Assembly (NCBI RefSeq): GCF_004010195.1
Contig: NC_057757.1
Coordinates: 6,216,306 to 6,236,305 of the forward strand
Length of the DNA stretch: 20,000 nucleotides
Source of the DNA: Chiloscyllium plagiosum
Taxonomy: Eukaryota
Reading direction: 5' to 3'
Positions within the stretch are counted from its first letter, which is position 1. Each line of letters starts with the position of its first letter. Shown piece after piece: positions 1 through 11,883 of this stretch. The translations under genes and the position numbers were made by a program. The notes beneath the pieces are model-generated. The model was given only the letters and a program-made list of their open reading frames with translations. It ran no database searches and had not been told where the DNA came from.

Positions 1-425
1 TCTTCAGGACAAATGCAAGGTTATCAAGTTTCCAATAATCATAGTGACCTAAACCACAGTGCCAATTGGTTGGCAATCTGTCTGTGGCTACAGCATGCCA
101 TGGTATGGTAAAAAAAAACTACAAGCACCTCGAGCTTCTGGGTAATTGTTTTTGTTTAGAAAGCAAGGTTTTAGCAGCTTTCTTTCTGTTTGCATCCACT
201 GAAACTCTGTCACCTTCAGTAAGTGCAAATGAGCCACAGCAACGCCTCAGTCAATCAGAGTCAACATGCTAACCAGTCAGGGTCGTCTTCACCTGTAGTG
301 TAAGTTGCTGTGATGGTTTGCGTTTTGGCATTCTTGTGTTTTGTCCTGATGAGTGCAAGACAGAAAAAACGTGGGACAACGCATCTCTCTTCTCAGCAAT
401 TTCAGGTTCTGTACTACAAGTGAAA
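1..425. mobile_element. Decayed inverted pair of Penelope-like element termini with hammerhead remnant (truncated by window start)
   Basis: 1-20 (tcttcaggacaaatgcaagg) is an imperfect reverse complement of 331-352. The + copy reads ttgtc-CTGATGA-gtgcaagaca-GAAA...gacaa (341-379), with ttgtc/gacaa able to form stem I. Confidence 0.5.
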
Positions 426-1227
426 TGATTGCAATGGATGTTTAATAATAGTTCTTGAGATTACAGGTGGGCCAGTACTTGGTTTTTTTTTAACTTTATT
501 TGAGAGAGGACAGGTCTGAAATGGTATAGCTTGGAGCAGTTTATAAGAGTATGCAGCCAATTAATAGTTGCCTATTCTTTCTCTGACTAAACCGGCTTAG
601 AATCCTAAGGTTACGTGTCACATTTGCACCCTCTGTGTTTGAATGTCCTGCATGGGATTGATCGGACCAGGTCTCAATGTCCAATGTAAGGAGTACAATT
701 CTCGATCCACTCTGTCTTTGCGGATTCTCGGTTTTCCCGGAAAGGGAATGTTTAGTGCAGTGAAAACGCCAGGCTGAGCTGGCACTGGGTGCAGGCCTCC
801 GCCCTCTGATGAGGCCTAACAGTGTTGCTGTATCGGAGTGCATTTAAATTGCGTTGTCCTTATTCCATTATCAAGGTGACAGCCCTGGAAGCAGTCCTTT
901 CACAGCTGCTGAGTTTGTGGTCAGATTGAACTGTATCCTGAATGGATTTGGGATGTGTGGCTGGGACAGTTTGTCCAGATAAGTCAGTTTCATTATCAAA
1001 GTCTCAACCCTTTGATACTTTCGGTTCACGTTCCAGTTTCATGGAAATATTTATTATTTGTTTTGAAAGCAGTTTGATTTTCAACAGGAGCAGCTCCAGG
1101 TCTGGATACTGAAGCCTCTCGGGTGGGCATCTGTGTATTGAGACTGCCTGGTGGCTTTGTTAGTCATTTTTAGATCAGTTCTGATTTCTGCTGGAAGTGT
1201 TTTTCTATTTAAGATGTGTGTGACTCG

Positions 1228-1230
<3 letters not shown>

Positions 1231-1266
<36 letters not shown>
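1231..1266. repeat. (TC)18 microsatellite followed by a pyrimidine-rich low-complexity tract to ~1420
   Basis: Perfect TC run read directly; explains the ERERER/SLSLSL ORFs. Confidence 0.97.
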
Positions 1267-1272
<6 letters not shown>

Positions 1273-2947
1273 TGTCCGTTCCCCCCGCTCGTTCTCCATC
1301 ACTGTTCCCTCCCGGCCTTCTCTTTCTGTCTATTTTTCTGCCTCCCTGTCTCTGTCTCTTCACCCTCCTTTTTCTGTCTACCTCTGTCTGCCTTTTTGCC
1401 TATCTGTGCCACCCTCCCTCTGACTGAGCTGAGCAGAATCACATCAGGCTCTCAATCGCTCTGCCAGGCTCATGCCAGCCACTGGGATTGCTGCAATTAA
1501 CCTCAGTGCCTTCTGGGCCTTTTGGGCAAACATTAACCACGAGGGACTGTTGGAATTGTGGTGGGATGGGATCGGCATTGCCCAAACACACCTTGACAGG
1601 GAAATCTGCAACGTTTACTTCTGCTGGTATCCTGTGTGACCTGATCCTCTGTTCATTTGATTCTAGTACAGTCAGCCTCAGTATTTTCTGGTTAATGAGT
1701 GCTGGGGACAGAGGGGGGGGGGGTGCACAGTGGTAAGAATGTGTTGATCAGGACATCTGGAAGGAACTGAGTATACGTGAGGCCATCTCTCTCACCTGCT
1801 GCAGATCACCTCCCCTTCAGTTATGGCTGGGGGTTGGGGTCCATGGTCAGTCTGACCCTAGGTGCAGCCTGGGCCACGACCCAGTCTTGGCATGGGGTGC
1901 CCACAGAACCTCGCAAGTCTCCATTCTGCCTCCCAGAGCTGTTCACCTGCATGAGTCGACCAAAGGTCAGCTCTGATCAGGGTGGGATGTTTACTGCTCG
2001 TGACTCAGAAGGTTGTGTGTTCAACCAGATGGGGCGTTTTTGCGTTTGCATTTAAGGTGTGAATGTAGTCAGAGTCTTACTGGAAAGGACAAGTGAAGGG
2101 GATGTGCAAGCTAGCCCTCGCTGAGCTCTCCCTGTGCTAGAAAGGGTTGTTGAGAAGGTGGGAGTGTGTATCAGTTGCCCCTTAAGGGTGGCCTCTGGTC
2201 ATCAATGGCTGGTGGTCTTTCACCACACAAGTCCATTAGGGGGTGAGCTTAGAAGTCACTGATACAGGTAGTAATGTTGGCCAGAGGAGAGGGAGTTGGG
2301 TCAGTCTGTTTGGATGGTGTCACAGTGTAACATGTGCTAGGTCCTCTGGCATCCTTGTGTGTCATGTTTGTTCAGTTGGGCATCAAGAATGTATCAAGTG
2401 AGTCTCCCACCTCCATGCTCTCTCCTACTTGCTCCCATAGTCAGATTGGTGCTTCTTTGAACTTGTGTGGGGACACTAATGTCGAGGGTTGGGGGAGTGT
2501 AGGTGACCACAGGGGTTAGAGTAAGGCAGACATTCAGTGAATCGGACAATTTTGAATGCTCAGTTTGGTCACTTCACCTCTACCTCACCAAACGTGGCGA
2601 CAGGGAGCGGATGCATGCCTCACACTGGCTGCCACCCCCCTCCCTCCCCCACCCCCGGCAGAGGGAGGCAGCAACAATCATCTGGTCATTTTCAGGAAAA
2701 CAAATGTTGGATGCCTCCCGCTACCATCAGGCCGCTGGAGTCGTGATTGTCAGTGGCAGCAGAGATGGGAAGGTAAAGAGTGAATCCTGCTCTCTCTGGG
2801 TGTCACATCCCATGGGACATCCAGGCCCTCTCCCATGCACTCTGAGTGTATCAGCCTGCTCCATCACAGGAAGCTCCAACCCCAACTCCCTCCTCAGCAG
2901 AAACCCACAGTTCCTCCCTGTATTGGACATACCGAGTTTGAGAGGAT

Positions 2948-3260
2948 GGGGCTGCACAGTGGCTTAGTGGTTAGCGTTGTTGCCTCACAGGGCCAGGGAC
3001 CCGGGTTTGATTGCAGCCTCGGGTGATGTTTGCGCACACTCCCTGTGTCTGTGTGGGTTTCCTCTGGTTTCCACCCCTCGGTCCAAAGATGTGCAGGATT
3101 GGCCATGCTAAATTGCACCATAGTTTCCAGGGATGCGCAGCTTATAGATGGGTTAGCCATGAGAAAAGCAGGGTTACAAAGATTGGGTGAGCTGCTCTTC
3201 AGAGAGTCGGTGTGGACTCAATGGGCCAAATGGCCTGCTTCTGTACTGTCTGGATTCTGA
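2948..3260 (+). mobile_element. HE1/V-SINE-type tRNA-derived SINE, diverged
   Basis: A box gtggcttagtgg, B-box-like ccgggtttgatt, central tgtgtctgtgtgggtttcctc...gtccaaagatgtgcagg, CR1-like tail atgggccaaatggcctgcttctgtactg. Confidence 0.9.
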
Positions 3261-3931
3261 GGCTCCCTGGCTGTACCTGAGCGGGTGATCCACAGAGGTC
3301 AGAGTGCAAACTGGGCGATGGTAATCAGCAACCAACTGACCCATCCCCCTGCCGTGCGAACTCTGCTACAGATTTAGATGCAATCTGCTACATGTTCAGT
3401 TTAGATGGTGCTGTACACCCTGGTGTTGAAGGCTGCTCCTACTTTGTGGGGCAAAGCAGTGTCACTGGAATCTGATATTCTGGAGGGGTTTAAAAAGTAA
3501 CAGCCAGTATCCAGTAACACTGGTAGTTATGTGAGACTGCCGTAAATTAATGACCATAAATATGCTGGAACCATTGCAGGTTAAAATTAGTAAAGCTTCA
3601 CTTCCTGACAGTTGGGTTTTCAACTGGCGCTGGTCGAGTCAAACTGATGTGCCGCTACCTCCGGGTGCAGATTGCAAAAGGCAACTTTCTTTCTTTCCTG
3701 AGCTGTCATGGTTGGCACTGAGCTATTGCTTCCTCATTCACGTGCGCTCAATCTCGGCTGTGGCACCCAGCATTTCCTGGACCTTCCGACACTTGTGTCG
3801 GATTTGTAGCATTGCAAGTGAAGAACAGGGTTCTGTCTTGCAACAGGAGACACGCAGAGAGCGGTTGCGGTTTGTATCGTCCTTGGGGGAGCATAGCAGG
3901 CAGTGTTGACTGGAGAGTGGACTCATCTTGG

Positions 3932-4254
3932 AGATTAGATTAGATTCCCTACAGTGTGGAAACAGGCCCTTCGGCCCAAACAGTCAACATCAACCCTCTG
4001 AAGAGTATCCCACCCCAGATCTATTTCTCTCTGACTAAAGTACCTAACACTATGGGCAATTTAGCATGGCAAGTCCACCCTAACCTGCACATCTTTGGAC
4101 TGTGTGAGGAAACCGGAGCACCCGGAGGAAACCCACGCAGACACGGGGAGAATGTGCAAACTCCACACAGACAGTCGCCCCGAGGTGGGAATTGAACCCG
4201 GGTCCCTGGCGCCGTGAGGCAGCTGTGCTGACCACTGAGCCACCGCGCCGCCCC
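3932..4254 (-). mobile_element. HE1/V-SINE-type SINE, full length
   Basis: Minus strand begins gggcggcgcggtggctcagtgg, B box gggttcaattcc, conserved central domain, CR1-derived tail ending in (AATCT)n. Confidence 0.95.
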
Positions 4255-5539
4255 CAGACGTGCGAGTCATTTGGCCAAAGTGCAATCTTTTCACCTGGAC
4301 AGACAACATATCCTATTTCAAAGCAGCGTCTAATGTAATTTATACCGTTTGACTGTCAGAAAGTGCCTGCAGCCCAACCGTGACTGTATTTGTGCACGTC
4401 ATGAATGTTGAGACTGTTGGATTCAAAGCTGCACCCTTCAACACTATCCCTGTGGGGCTGCAATGAAACCGAGCCCTCTGGTGGTTGGTATATTTGTGCC
4501 TCCACTTTATCAAGGTCTCCATTCAGGCAGCAGCGTTTGTCCATACCTGCACAAATCAGGCTGAAGCCTCTGATCTAAATGGTGCGGAATTCAGTAGCTG
4601 AGGAAATGAAGGAGCTCTGTCATACATTTTTATTCAGGCATTGTATCCAAATGCTTTTCTGCTGCAGTAGTGGAGTTCCGCAGCTAGGAGTCACTGCGTG
4701 CAGCAATTTGGGAGCTGCCAGCAAGACGTGTGTTTTTCATTTTCCCCTCTGCTCAGGCTGACAGCTGTTAATCACCCCCCCAAAAAAATGAAAGCTGCTT
4801 TCAAAGACAGGATTTCCCAAGTGTACGCAACAGTAAACTCATGTAGAAAGATGCAGACAAAGCACGCGTGAGCCCTGCGAAGCAGCTCCTCCCTGAGTGA
4901 GGGATGTGCACTTCTCTGCAAATGCCCCTTTCTTCCCCCCCCCCCCCCTCCCCTGCCAGCCTGCGACGCAATTCTTCGAATGTGTAGTCGGGCGCCTGAA
5001 TTCTCCCCTCCCTCCTGCATATTCCACTTGGAGAATATGGTTTTAACAGCCTGGCCTTATATAATAAACCAAAAAAAAATTGGCCATGTCAGAGAGTTGA
5101 AACAAATAAAAACAGAAATTACTGGAGAATCTCATCACTCTTCTGTCCACCAATCAGCCAACCATTAGGCCGAACCAACTTGTGCCAATCCAGATGGTTC
5201 CTGGTGTGGGTGGCACAGGTGGCTACAGTTGGAAAGCTTTTAAGCTCCCTACAACTTGCCCTAACTTGAATTGTTCACTGTGCTGGTTGGGCTGCTTGAA
5301 GTTTAGGAAGTGTTTTTTTTATTTAGAAAGCTGTAGCCTCAGCGGTGAATGAATTCCCAAATCGGGAATGCCAGGCTCTGTCCAGGGTATCAGAAACAAG
5401 AACAGGAATTTCTGGAGAAACTCAGCAGATCTGGCAGCATCACGACTGTTCAGAAGAAGCTTCAGTGGACTCTCAACTTTAGCTGTGCTTACTCTCTCCA
5501 TAGATGCCAGGTTCAGTACTGGGTCTGCTGCTTTTAATC

Positions 5540-6186
5540 ATTTGTGTAAATGGTTTGGATGTGAACATAGGAGGTATGGTTAGTAAGTTTGCAGACGACA
5601 CCAAAATTGGACAGTGAAGAAGGTTACCTCAGATTACAACAGGATCTTGATCAGATGGGCCGAGGATTGGTTGGTGGAGTCTAATTTAGATAAGCATGAG
5701 GTGTTGCATCTTGATAAGGCAAATCATGGCAGGACTTACACAGTTAATGGTAGGATCTGAACAAAGGGACCTTTGTTCAAAGGTTCATAGTTCCTTGAAA
5801 GTGGAGTTGCAATTAGACAGGGTGGTGAAGGCAGCATTTGACACATTTGCCTTTGTTGGTCAGTGCATTGAGTTTCAGAGTACGGAGGTTAAGTGGTGGC
5901 TATAAACAACATTGGTTAGGCCAATTCTAGAATATCGCAATCAGTTCTGGTCTCCCTGCGATAGGAAAGATGTTAATCTTAAACGGGTTCGGAAAAGATT
6001 TACAAGGCTGTTGCTAGGATTGGAAGTTCTGAGCTATAGGGAGAGATTGATTACACATTGGGCCTGTTTTCCCTTGAGTGTAGGAGGCTGAGGGGTGACC
6101 TTGCAGAGATTTGTAAAATCATGAGGGGGATGGATAGGGTGAATAGCCAAAGTCTTTTTCCCAGGGGAGGGGAGACCAAAAGGGCA
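5540..6186 (+). mobile_element. CR1 LINE ORF2 3' fragment, decayed
   Basis: agtaagtttgcagacgacacc encodes SKFADDT (RT catalytic motif); ORF 6058-6267 contains GLFSLECRRLRGDL, typical of the CR1 C-terminus; many stops and indels. Confidence 0.92.
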
Positions 6187-6364
6187 CAGAATCATCGATA
6201 TGTGCAGCACGGAAACAGACAATTTGGTCCAAATCGTTTATGCTGGCCATATCCGAAATTAATCTAGTCCCATTTGCCAGCCCATATACCTCTAAACACT
6301 TCATATACCCATCCAGGTGCCTTTTAAAAAACTTCCTCTGGCAACTCATTCCATACACGCACCT
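6187..6364 (-). mobile_element. CR1 LINE 3' end fragment
   Basis: Imperfect reverse complement of the CR1 3' end at ~6540-6750 (e.g. ggcaactcattccatacacgcacc vs ggtgcgtgtatggaatgagctgcc). Confidence 0.85.
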
Positions 6365-6371
6365 CAAACCT

Positions 6372-6750
6372 CTGAGGGTGACCCTATAGAGGTTTATAAA
6401 GTCATGAGGGGCATGGATAGGGTAAATAGATAAGGTCTTTTTCCAGGGGTGGGGTAGTCCAGAACTAGAGGGCATAGGTTTAGGATGAGAGGGTAAAGAG
6501 TTAAAAGGAACCTGAAGGACAACTTTTTCACACTGAAGGTGGTGCGTGTATGGAATGAGCTGCCAGAGGAAGTGGTGGAGGCTGGTACAATTACAGCATT
6601 TAAAAGGCATCTCGATGGGTATATGAATAGAAAGAGTTTAGAGGGATGTGGGCCAAGTGCTGGCAAACTGGACTAGATCAGCTCAGGATATTTGGTCGGC
6701 ATGGACGAGTTGAACTGAAGGCTCTGTTTCTGTGCTGTGTGACTCTATGA
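6372..6750 (+). mobile_element. CR1 LINE 3' end including 3'UTR and short tail
   Basis: Encodes remnants of RGDxIEVYK and VVRVWNELP; ends ctgtttctgtgctgtgtgactctatga. Confidence 0.92.
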
Positions 6751-6843
6751 CCTGTTCAGTTTCTCCAGCAATTTCTGTTTTTGTTTCAGGTTTCTAGCAT
6801 TTGCTGTCCTTTGCTCTCTTTTTTGTATATATTGTTCTGCCAG

Positions 6844-7505
6844 GGATTCCCCCCCCGCCCCGCAACTTCTAACAGTAATTTTGTCATGACCTCCTGGCCT
6901 TTATCTGTTTCATGAAAACACTAAATGGCCTCTTGGCTACTTGCTTGGCCACGAGGGCGAGGGTCCCTGTGAGGGTGCAGCGGTTCCTCTCCATTCCCAA
7001 ATACCTCTGGGTCTCGTGCCATCTGTCAGCTGTGCCCTCAAGTCTTCAGAATTTCCAGCATCGCCAACCTCACTCCCGGCAGTCAAGTGGCATCAACATT
7101 GTTGACAATTTAAAACACTACTCTGTGCGAGAGTCAAACCTGTCCCCACGGGCACTGGCAAACCTTTTGGGTGTAGCCTCCATTGGACAGTTTTCCTTTC
7201 CTTCTGAAAAGCAAAATCCAAGATTGGAGTACGCTTTCTCAATCGTGGTGAGCTGTTTCGTGGAAAACTATGCCACTTGTACATCAAGGAACATGTACTC
7301 AGGGAAGGAGGGAAGTAGAAGGCTAGCAAATATATCATTTTCAGAAAAACTCTGATGAATGTCTACACAGTTAAATTAATCAATATCGGTGTACATTTCA
7401 TGCTATTTGTATATTTTAATGACATACCAAAGTCTCCTCTGCTGCTGTTGATGCTTAGAATGTGTTGTCTGTTTCATAGCAAATAAACATGCAGTAAGTA
7501 CTCAT
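6844..7505 (+). other. Candidate terminal exon / 3'UTR of an unidentified gene
   Basis: Pyrimidine tract plus CAG ending at 6843; no recognisable repeat; UTR-like tttgtatatttt; AATAAA at 7482-7487 followed by a GT/T-rich tract. Motif evidence only. Confidence 0.3.
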
Positions 7506-7639
7506 TGTTGTTTCTTCATTTACTTTGCTTCTGTGCACATTGGAAGGGAACAGAAGTTCACACACTGGATTATGTTCGAACTCATTCATTGTTGATCTGC
7601 AACCTAACACAGTTTATTCACCATTGCCTGTCTTCGGTT

Positions 7640-8030
7640 CCACTGAAATGGCACATCCACCTCCAATACAACAAGTGATCTAGTAGCAGTAACTGCTGTG
7701 GGAGAGAGTTCCAAACGTCTCTCTTGAAAACCTCCGTGACATCGCTCCTGTAAATTCCAGAGAATTAAAACGTCGTTTGTGTAATTGTAATTTGAGTCCA
7801 AGAATCATTCTAGTGCATTGATACTGCACTCCCTCAAAGGCCAATAAATTCTTCCTAAGGTCTGCCATCTGGAACTGCACTCAAGATACTGCAGGGTTTC
7901 CTGTATATAAAATGCAATAACAATGGTAATCCTCTCATGATTTATACACTTCTGCAGTGCAATCCTCTGGATATAAAGACCAGTGCTCTATTAGCTGTTG
8001 TGATTATTTTCTGTACTTGTTCATCATGCT
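7640..8030 (-). mobile_element. Old CR1 LINE fragment
   Basis: ORF 7680-7880 QFQMADLRKNLLAFEGVQYQCTRMILGLK resembles the CR1 QFWSPHYRKDVEALERVQRKFTR segment in ORF 9589-10044. Confidence 0.75.
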
Positions 8031-9036
8031 TTTTTCCCCTCAAAAATATACTTTTACAAATTTTGTGATAAAGTATATCACAAAGTGTTTCCATTTGAAA
8101 ATTACAGAAAACATGACAAACTTCAAGTGTCCATACTCCAAAGAAGACTCCTATCAGTAAATGGCTTCTTTCTCTCGCTCCACCCACTCATGCCAGACAT
8201 GATGAGTTTCTCCAGAATTTCTTGTTTTTAAGCCACAAAGCCTGTTCCACTCTTGTCTGCCTCAGTGAATTGTTATTGTTTCAATACGTGCGATACGCAT
8301 TGCACGTCGGGCATTCAGTCTGAGGTAAAACAGCTCAAGTTGAAATTTACAGAAGGTGCAATTGCAATAAACTTTACTCCCTGTACCACGTCCCACTCTG
8401 AGGTGCTTCAAGATGACTTCAATGCTCTTAACGTTCACAATGCACAACCCTGGTCAAGCTTGAGGGGTTCTACAGACATTAAAGAACTTTAGACAGTGAC
8501 CTTTCTGCGTTACTCCTCTGCGGTAACTGCCCTAAACAACAGTGGGTCTCTTAGTGGGTAGTCCTAGGCTTGGGACTGTGCCAGTCTGTAGTGCTCAGTC
8601 AAGGACATGTCATTGCTCTGTACTTGTTTGTGATGTTTTAATCATATGTCAAACTCCCAAGTACCATGGACTCTCACTGTTTTCACCGTTATGAAAGTAT
8701 CCTTTATGTCTAAGCAAGCCAACCTCTTTTCTCGCATTAGCTGCCACAGTTTTGGCCAGTTCATCCTTGTACTGTTACGCTTCTACATTAAAGGGATTGG
8801 ATAAATACTATTTGCATTTTGTCAGTCCCTTGGGCAATTGGAACCGAAGCACCTTTGGCTAAATAGTTTTTTTTTAAAACGGTTGGGTAGACATTCTGCA
8901 TTAGCGAAGCTCCCGAGTGATAAATGTTGGCCACAATCATCTCTATAAATAGGATCTCCTAATCTTAAGCGGCGGTCAAGAGATGCAAAGCAGCCCTTCA
9001 GAAAGAGGTTGTATTAAGTCTCCTGCAAGTCAGCAC

Positions 9037-9295
9037 TGGCTGAGGGGGCATAGTCCTATCTCACAGCCAGAAGGTTGAGTCTGAGTCCCACATGAGGAAT
9101 CTGAGCCCAATATTCCAGGCTGACAATCTAAGGGAGTACTGCATTACCATCTTTATGTTGAGAGGTTGAAACTGCAGCTTTGTCTCCCCACTCCCAATCT
9201 CACAAGTAAAGGATACAGAGCAGTATATTTTGAAAATGAGCAGGAGCATTCTCCCCAGTTGCCTGGTCAACTTGTATTCCTCATCCCCAACACCT
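9037..9295 (+). mobile_element. Ancient Deu-domain (SacSINE1/AmnSINE-like) SINE, heavily decayed
   Basis: cagaaggttg...agtccca head, aggctgaca, and tattttgaaaatgagcaggagcattctcccc...cctggtcaac resemble the DeuSINE consensus as recalled. Confidence 0.55.
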
Positions 9296-9592
9296 TAACC
9301 TCAAATGTTACAGCGCAGTACAGGCCCTTCAGCCCTCAATGTTACACCAGCCTGTGAAAATAATCTGATGCCCATCTAACCTGCATCACTCCATGATATC
9401 CATATATATATGTCCAATGACCATTTAAAAGCCCTTAACGTCGGCAAGTCTACTCATGTTGCAGGCAGGCCATTCCACACCCTTATTACTCTGAGTAAAG
9501 CAACTACTCCTAATACCTGTCCTAAATCTATGTCCCCTTGTGTTAGTCTTCACCATCTGAGGAGAAAGGTTCTCACTGTCCACCCTATCTAA

Positions 9593-9720
9593 TTGCAACA
9601 TTTAAGAGGCATTTGGATGGGTATATGAATAGGAAGGGTTTGGAGGGATATGGGCCGNNNNNNNNNNNNNNNNNNNNNNNNNNNCGAAGGGTCTGTTTCC
9701 ATGCTGTACATCTCTATAAC
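9593..9720 (+). mobile_element. Short CR1 3' end inserted antisense in the larger CR1; contains an assembly gap
   Basis: catttaagaggcatttggatgggtatatgaatagg closely matches 6597-6630; ends gtctgtttccatgctgtacatctctat. Confidence 0.85.
9658..9684. other. Assembly gap (27 N)
   Basis: Run of n characters. Confidence 1.
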
Positions 9721-10904
9721 TTTGATTATCTTATACGTCTCAATTAAGTCACCTCTCAAACTCCTTCTCTCCAATGAAAACAGCCTCAGCTCCCTCAGCC
9801 TTTCCTCGTAAGGCCTTCGCTCCATCCAGGCAATCCTAGTAAATTTCCTCTGAACCCTTTCCAAAGCTTCCACATCTTTCCTATAATGCGGTGACCAGAA
9901 CTGCACACAATACTCCAGGTGCAGCCTTCCCAGTGTCATGTACAGCTGAAGCGTGACCTCATGGTTCCGAAACCCAATCCCCCTACCCCATAAACGCCAA
10001 CACACCATATGCCTTCTGAACAACCCTATCAACCTGGCTGGCAACTTTCAGGGATTTATGCACCTGGACACAAATCTCTGTTCATCTACACTATCAAGAA
10101 TTTTACCATTAGCCGAGTTCTCTGCATTCCCGTTACTTCTTCTGAAGTGAATCACCTCACACTTTTCCCATATTAAACTCCATTTGCCACTTCTCAGCCC
10201 AGCTCTATGTCCCTATGTAACCTAAAACATCCTTCGGCACTATCCACAATTCTGTCTACCATGGTGTCATCTGCAAATTTACTAACCCATCCTTCCATGC
10301 CCATATCCGGATCATTAATAAAAAATGACAAACAGTGGTGCCCCAAAACAGATCCTTGCGGCACACTACTGGTAACTGAATTCCAGGATGAATATTTCCC
10401 ATCAACCACCACCCTCTGTCTTCTTTCAGCTAGCCAACTTCTGATCCAAACCGCTAAATCACCTTCAATTCTGAAACTCTGTATTTTGTGCAATAGCCTA
10501 CCGTGTGGAACCTTATCAAACGCCTTACTGAAGGTCATATACACCACATCAACCACTTTACCTTCACCCACCTGTTTTATCACTTTGTCTAAAGAACTCA
10601 AAGGTTAGTGAGGCACGACCTACCCTTCACAAAACCATGTTGGTTATCCCTAATCAAATTATTCCTTTCCAGATGATTATAAATCCTGTCTCTTATAACC
10701 TTTTCCAACACCTTACCTACAATCGAAGTAAGGCTCACTGGCCTATAATTGCCAGGGTTGTCCTGACTCTCCTTAAACAAGGGAACAACACTTGCAGTCC
10801 TCCAGTCTTCTGGCATTACTCCTGTTGACAATGATGCCATCAAAAAAAATCAAAGCCAAAGGCCCTGCAATCTCCTCCTTGGCTTCCCAGAGAATCAGAG
10901 GATA

Positions 10905-11664
10905 GACAATAGGCAATAGACACAGGAGTAGGCCATTTGGCCCTTCGAGTCAGCACCACCATTCATTATGATCATGGCTGATCATCCACAATCAGTATCC
11001 TGTTCCTGCCTTATCCCCATAACCCTTGATTCCACTATCTTTAAGAGCTCTAGCCATCGCTTTCTTGAAAGTATCCAGAGACTTGGCCTCCACTGCCTTC
11101 TGGGGCAGAGCATTCCATATAACCACCCCTCTCTGGGTGAAGAGGTTTCTCCTCAACGCTGTTCTAAATGGCCTTCCCCTTATTTTTAAACTGTCCTCTG
11201 GTTCTGGAGTCACCCATCAGTGGAAACATGCTTCCTGCCTCCAAAGTGTCCAATCCTTTAATAATCTTATACATCTCAATCAGATCCCCTCTCATCCTTC
11301 TAAACTCAAGTGTATACAAGCCCAATTGCTCCAAACTTTCAACATATGATAGTCCCTCCATTCCGGGAATTGACCTCGTGAAACTATGCTGCGCTCCCTC
11401 ATTAGCCAGAATGTCCTTCCTCAAATATGGAGACCAAAACTACACACAATACTCCAGGTGCGGTCTCACCAGGGTCTGTACAGCTGCAGTAGGACCTCTT
11501 TGCTCCTATACTCAATTCCTCTTATTATGAAGGCCAGCATGCCATTAGCTTTACTTCACTGCCTGCTGTACCTCCCTGCATGCTTGCTTACATTGACTGA
11601 TGTACAAGAGCACCTAGATCTCATTGTACTTCCCCTTTACCTAACTTGACTCCATTTAGATAGT
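10905..11664 (-). mobile_element. CR1 LINE 3' ~760 bp of a second subfamily, nested in CR1
   Basis: ORFs 11164-11424 (LGLYTLEFRRMRGDLIE) and 10992-11213 (RRNLFTQRGVVIWNALP); candidate TSD AGGATA at 10899-10904 and 11665-11670. Confidence 0.92.
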
Positions 11665-11883
11665 AGGATAAAGCCCATCCAGCCCAGGCATCTTATTTAT
11701 TTTCAGATCTTCCAAAATTGCTAAAACCTTCTCTTTGTCAACCTCAACCCCATATCTTGTAGCCTGTATCTCCATATTCTCAATAACATTGCCTTTTCCA
11801 ATGTGAATACTGATGAAAAGTATTCATTAAGTGCTTCCCATGTCCTCAAATTCCACACACAACTTACCACTACTATCTTTGAA

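Larger units (their letters stand above)
5393..6815. mobile_element. Old palindromic Penelope-like element (5393-~5510 and 6749-~6815) split by CR1 insertions
   Basis: 5393-5431 gaaacaagaacaggaatttctggagaaactcagcagatc is an imperfect reverse complement of 6749-6787. The tail tctagcatttgctgtcctttgct resembles the tails of the 14100 and 19002 elements; there is a decayed hammerhead-like core near 5448-5483. Confidence 0.6.
9305..11880 (-). mobile_element. 5'-truncated CR1 LINE (ORF2 pseudogene), interrupted at ~9593-9720 and 10905-11664
   Basis: Frameshifted ORFs 10598-10843 (PGNYRPVSLTS, QHGFVKGRSCLTNL), 10194-10601 (FSKAFDKVPH, VPQGSVLG, SKFADDT) and 9589-10044 (LEYCVQFWSPHYRKD); CR1 sequence resumes at 11665. 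Confidence 0.95.

Noticed and set aside
800..830. CTGATGAG resembling a hammerhead core
   Set aside because: No stem II or GAAA follows.
1081..1500. ORFs with ERERER / SLSLSL runs
   Set aside because: Translation of the (TC)n microsatellite.
2503..2967. 154-aa ORF and overlapping ORFs
   Set aside because: Non-ATG start, no recognisable homology, runs into a SINE.
4340..4560. Possible minus-strand exon after tgatttgtgcag
   Set aside because: No frame stays open from that acceptor to a convincing donor, and the peptides are unrecognisable.
6912..7355. 147-aa ATG-initiated ORF
   Set aside because: No recognisable domain; lies in UTR-like sequence; length attainable by chance.
9305..11880. 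Active reverse transcriptase gene
   Set aside because: Frameshifted, 5'-truncated and interrupted; a dead CR1 copy.
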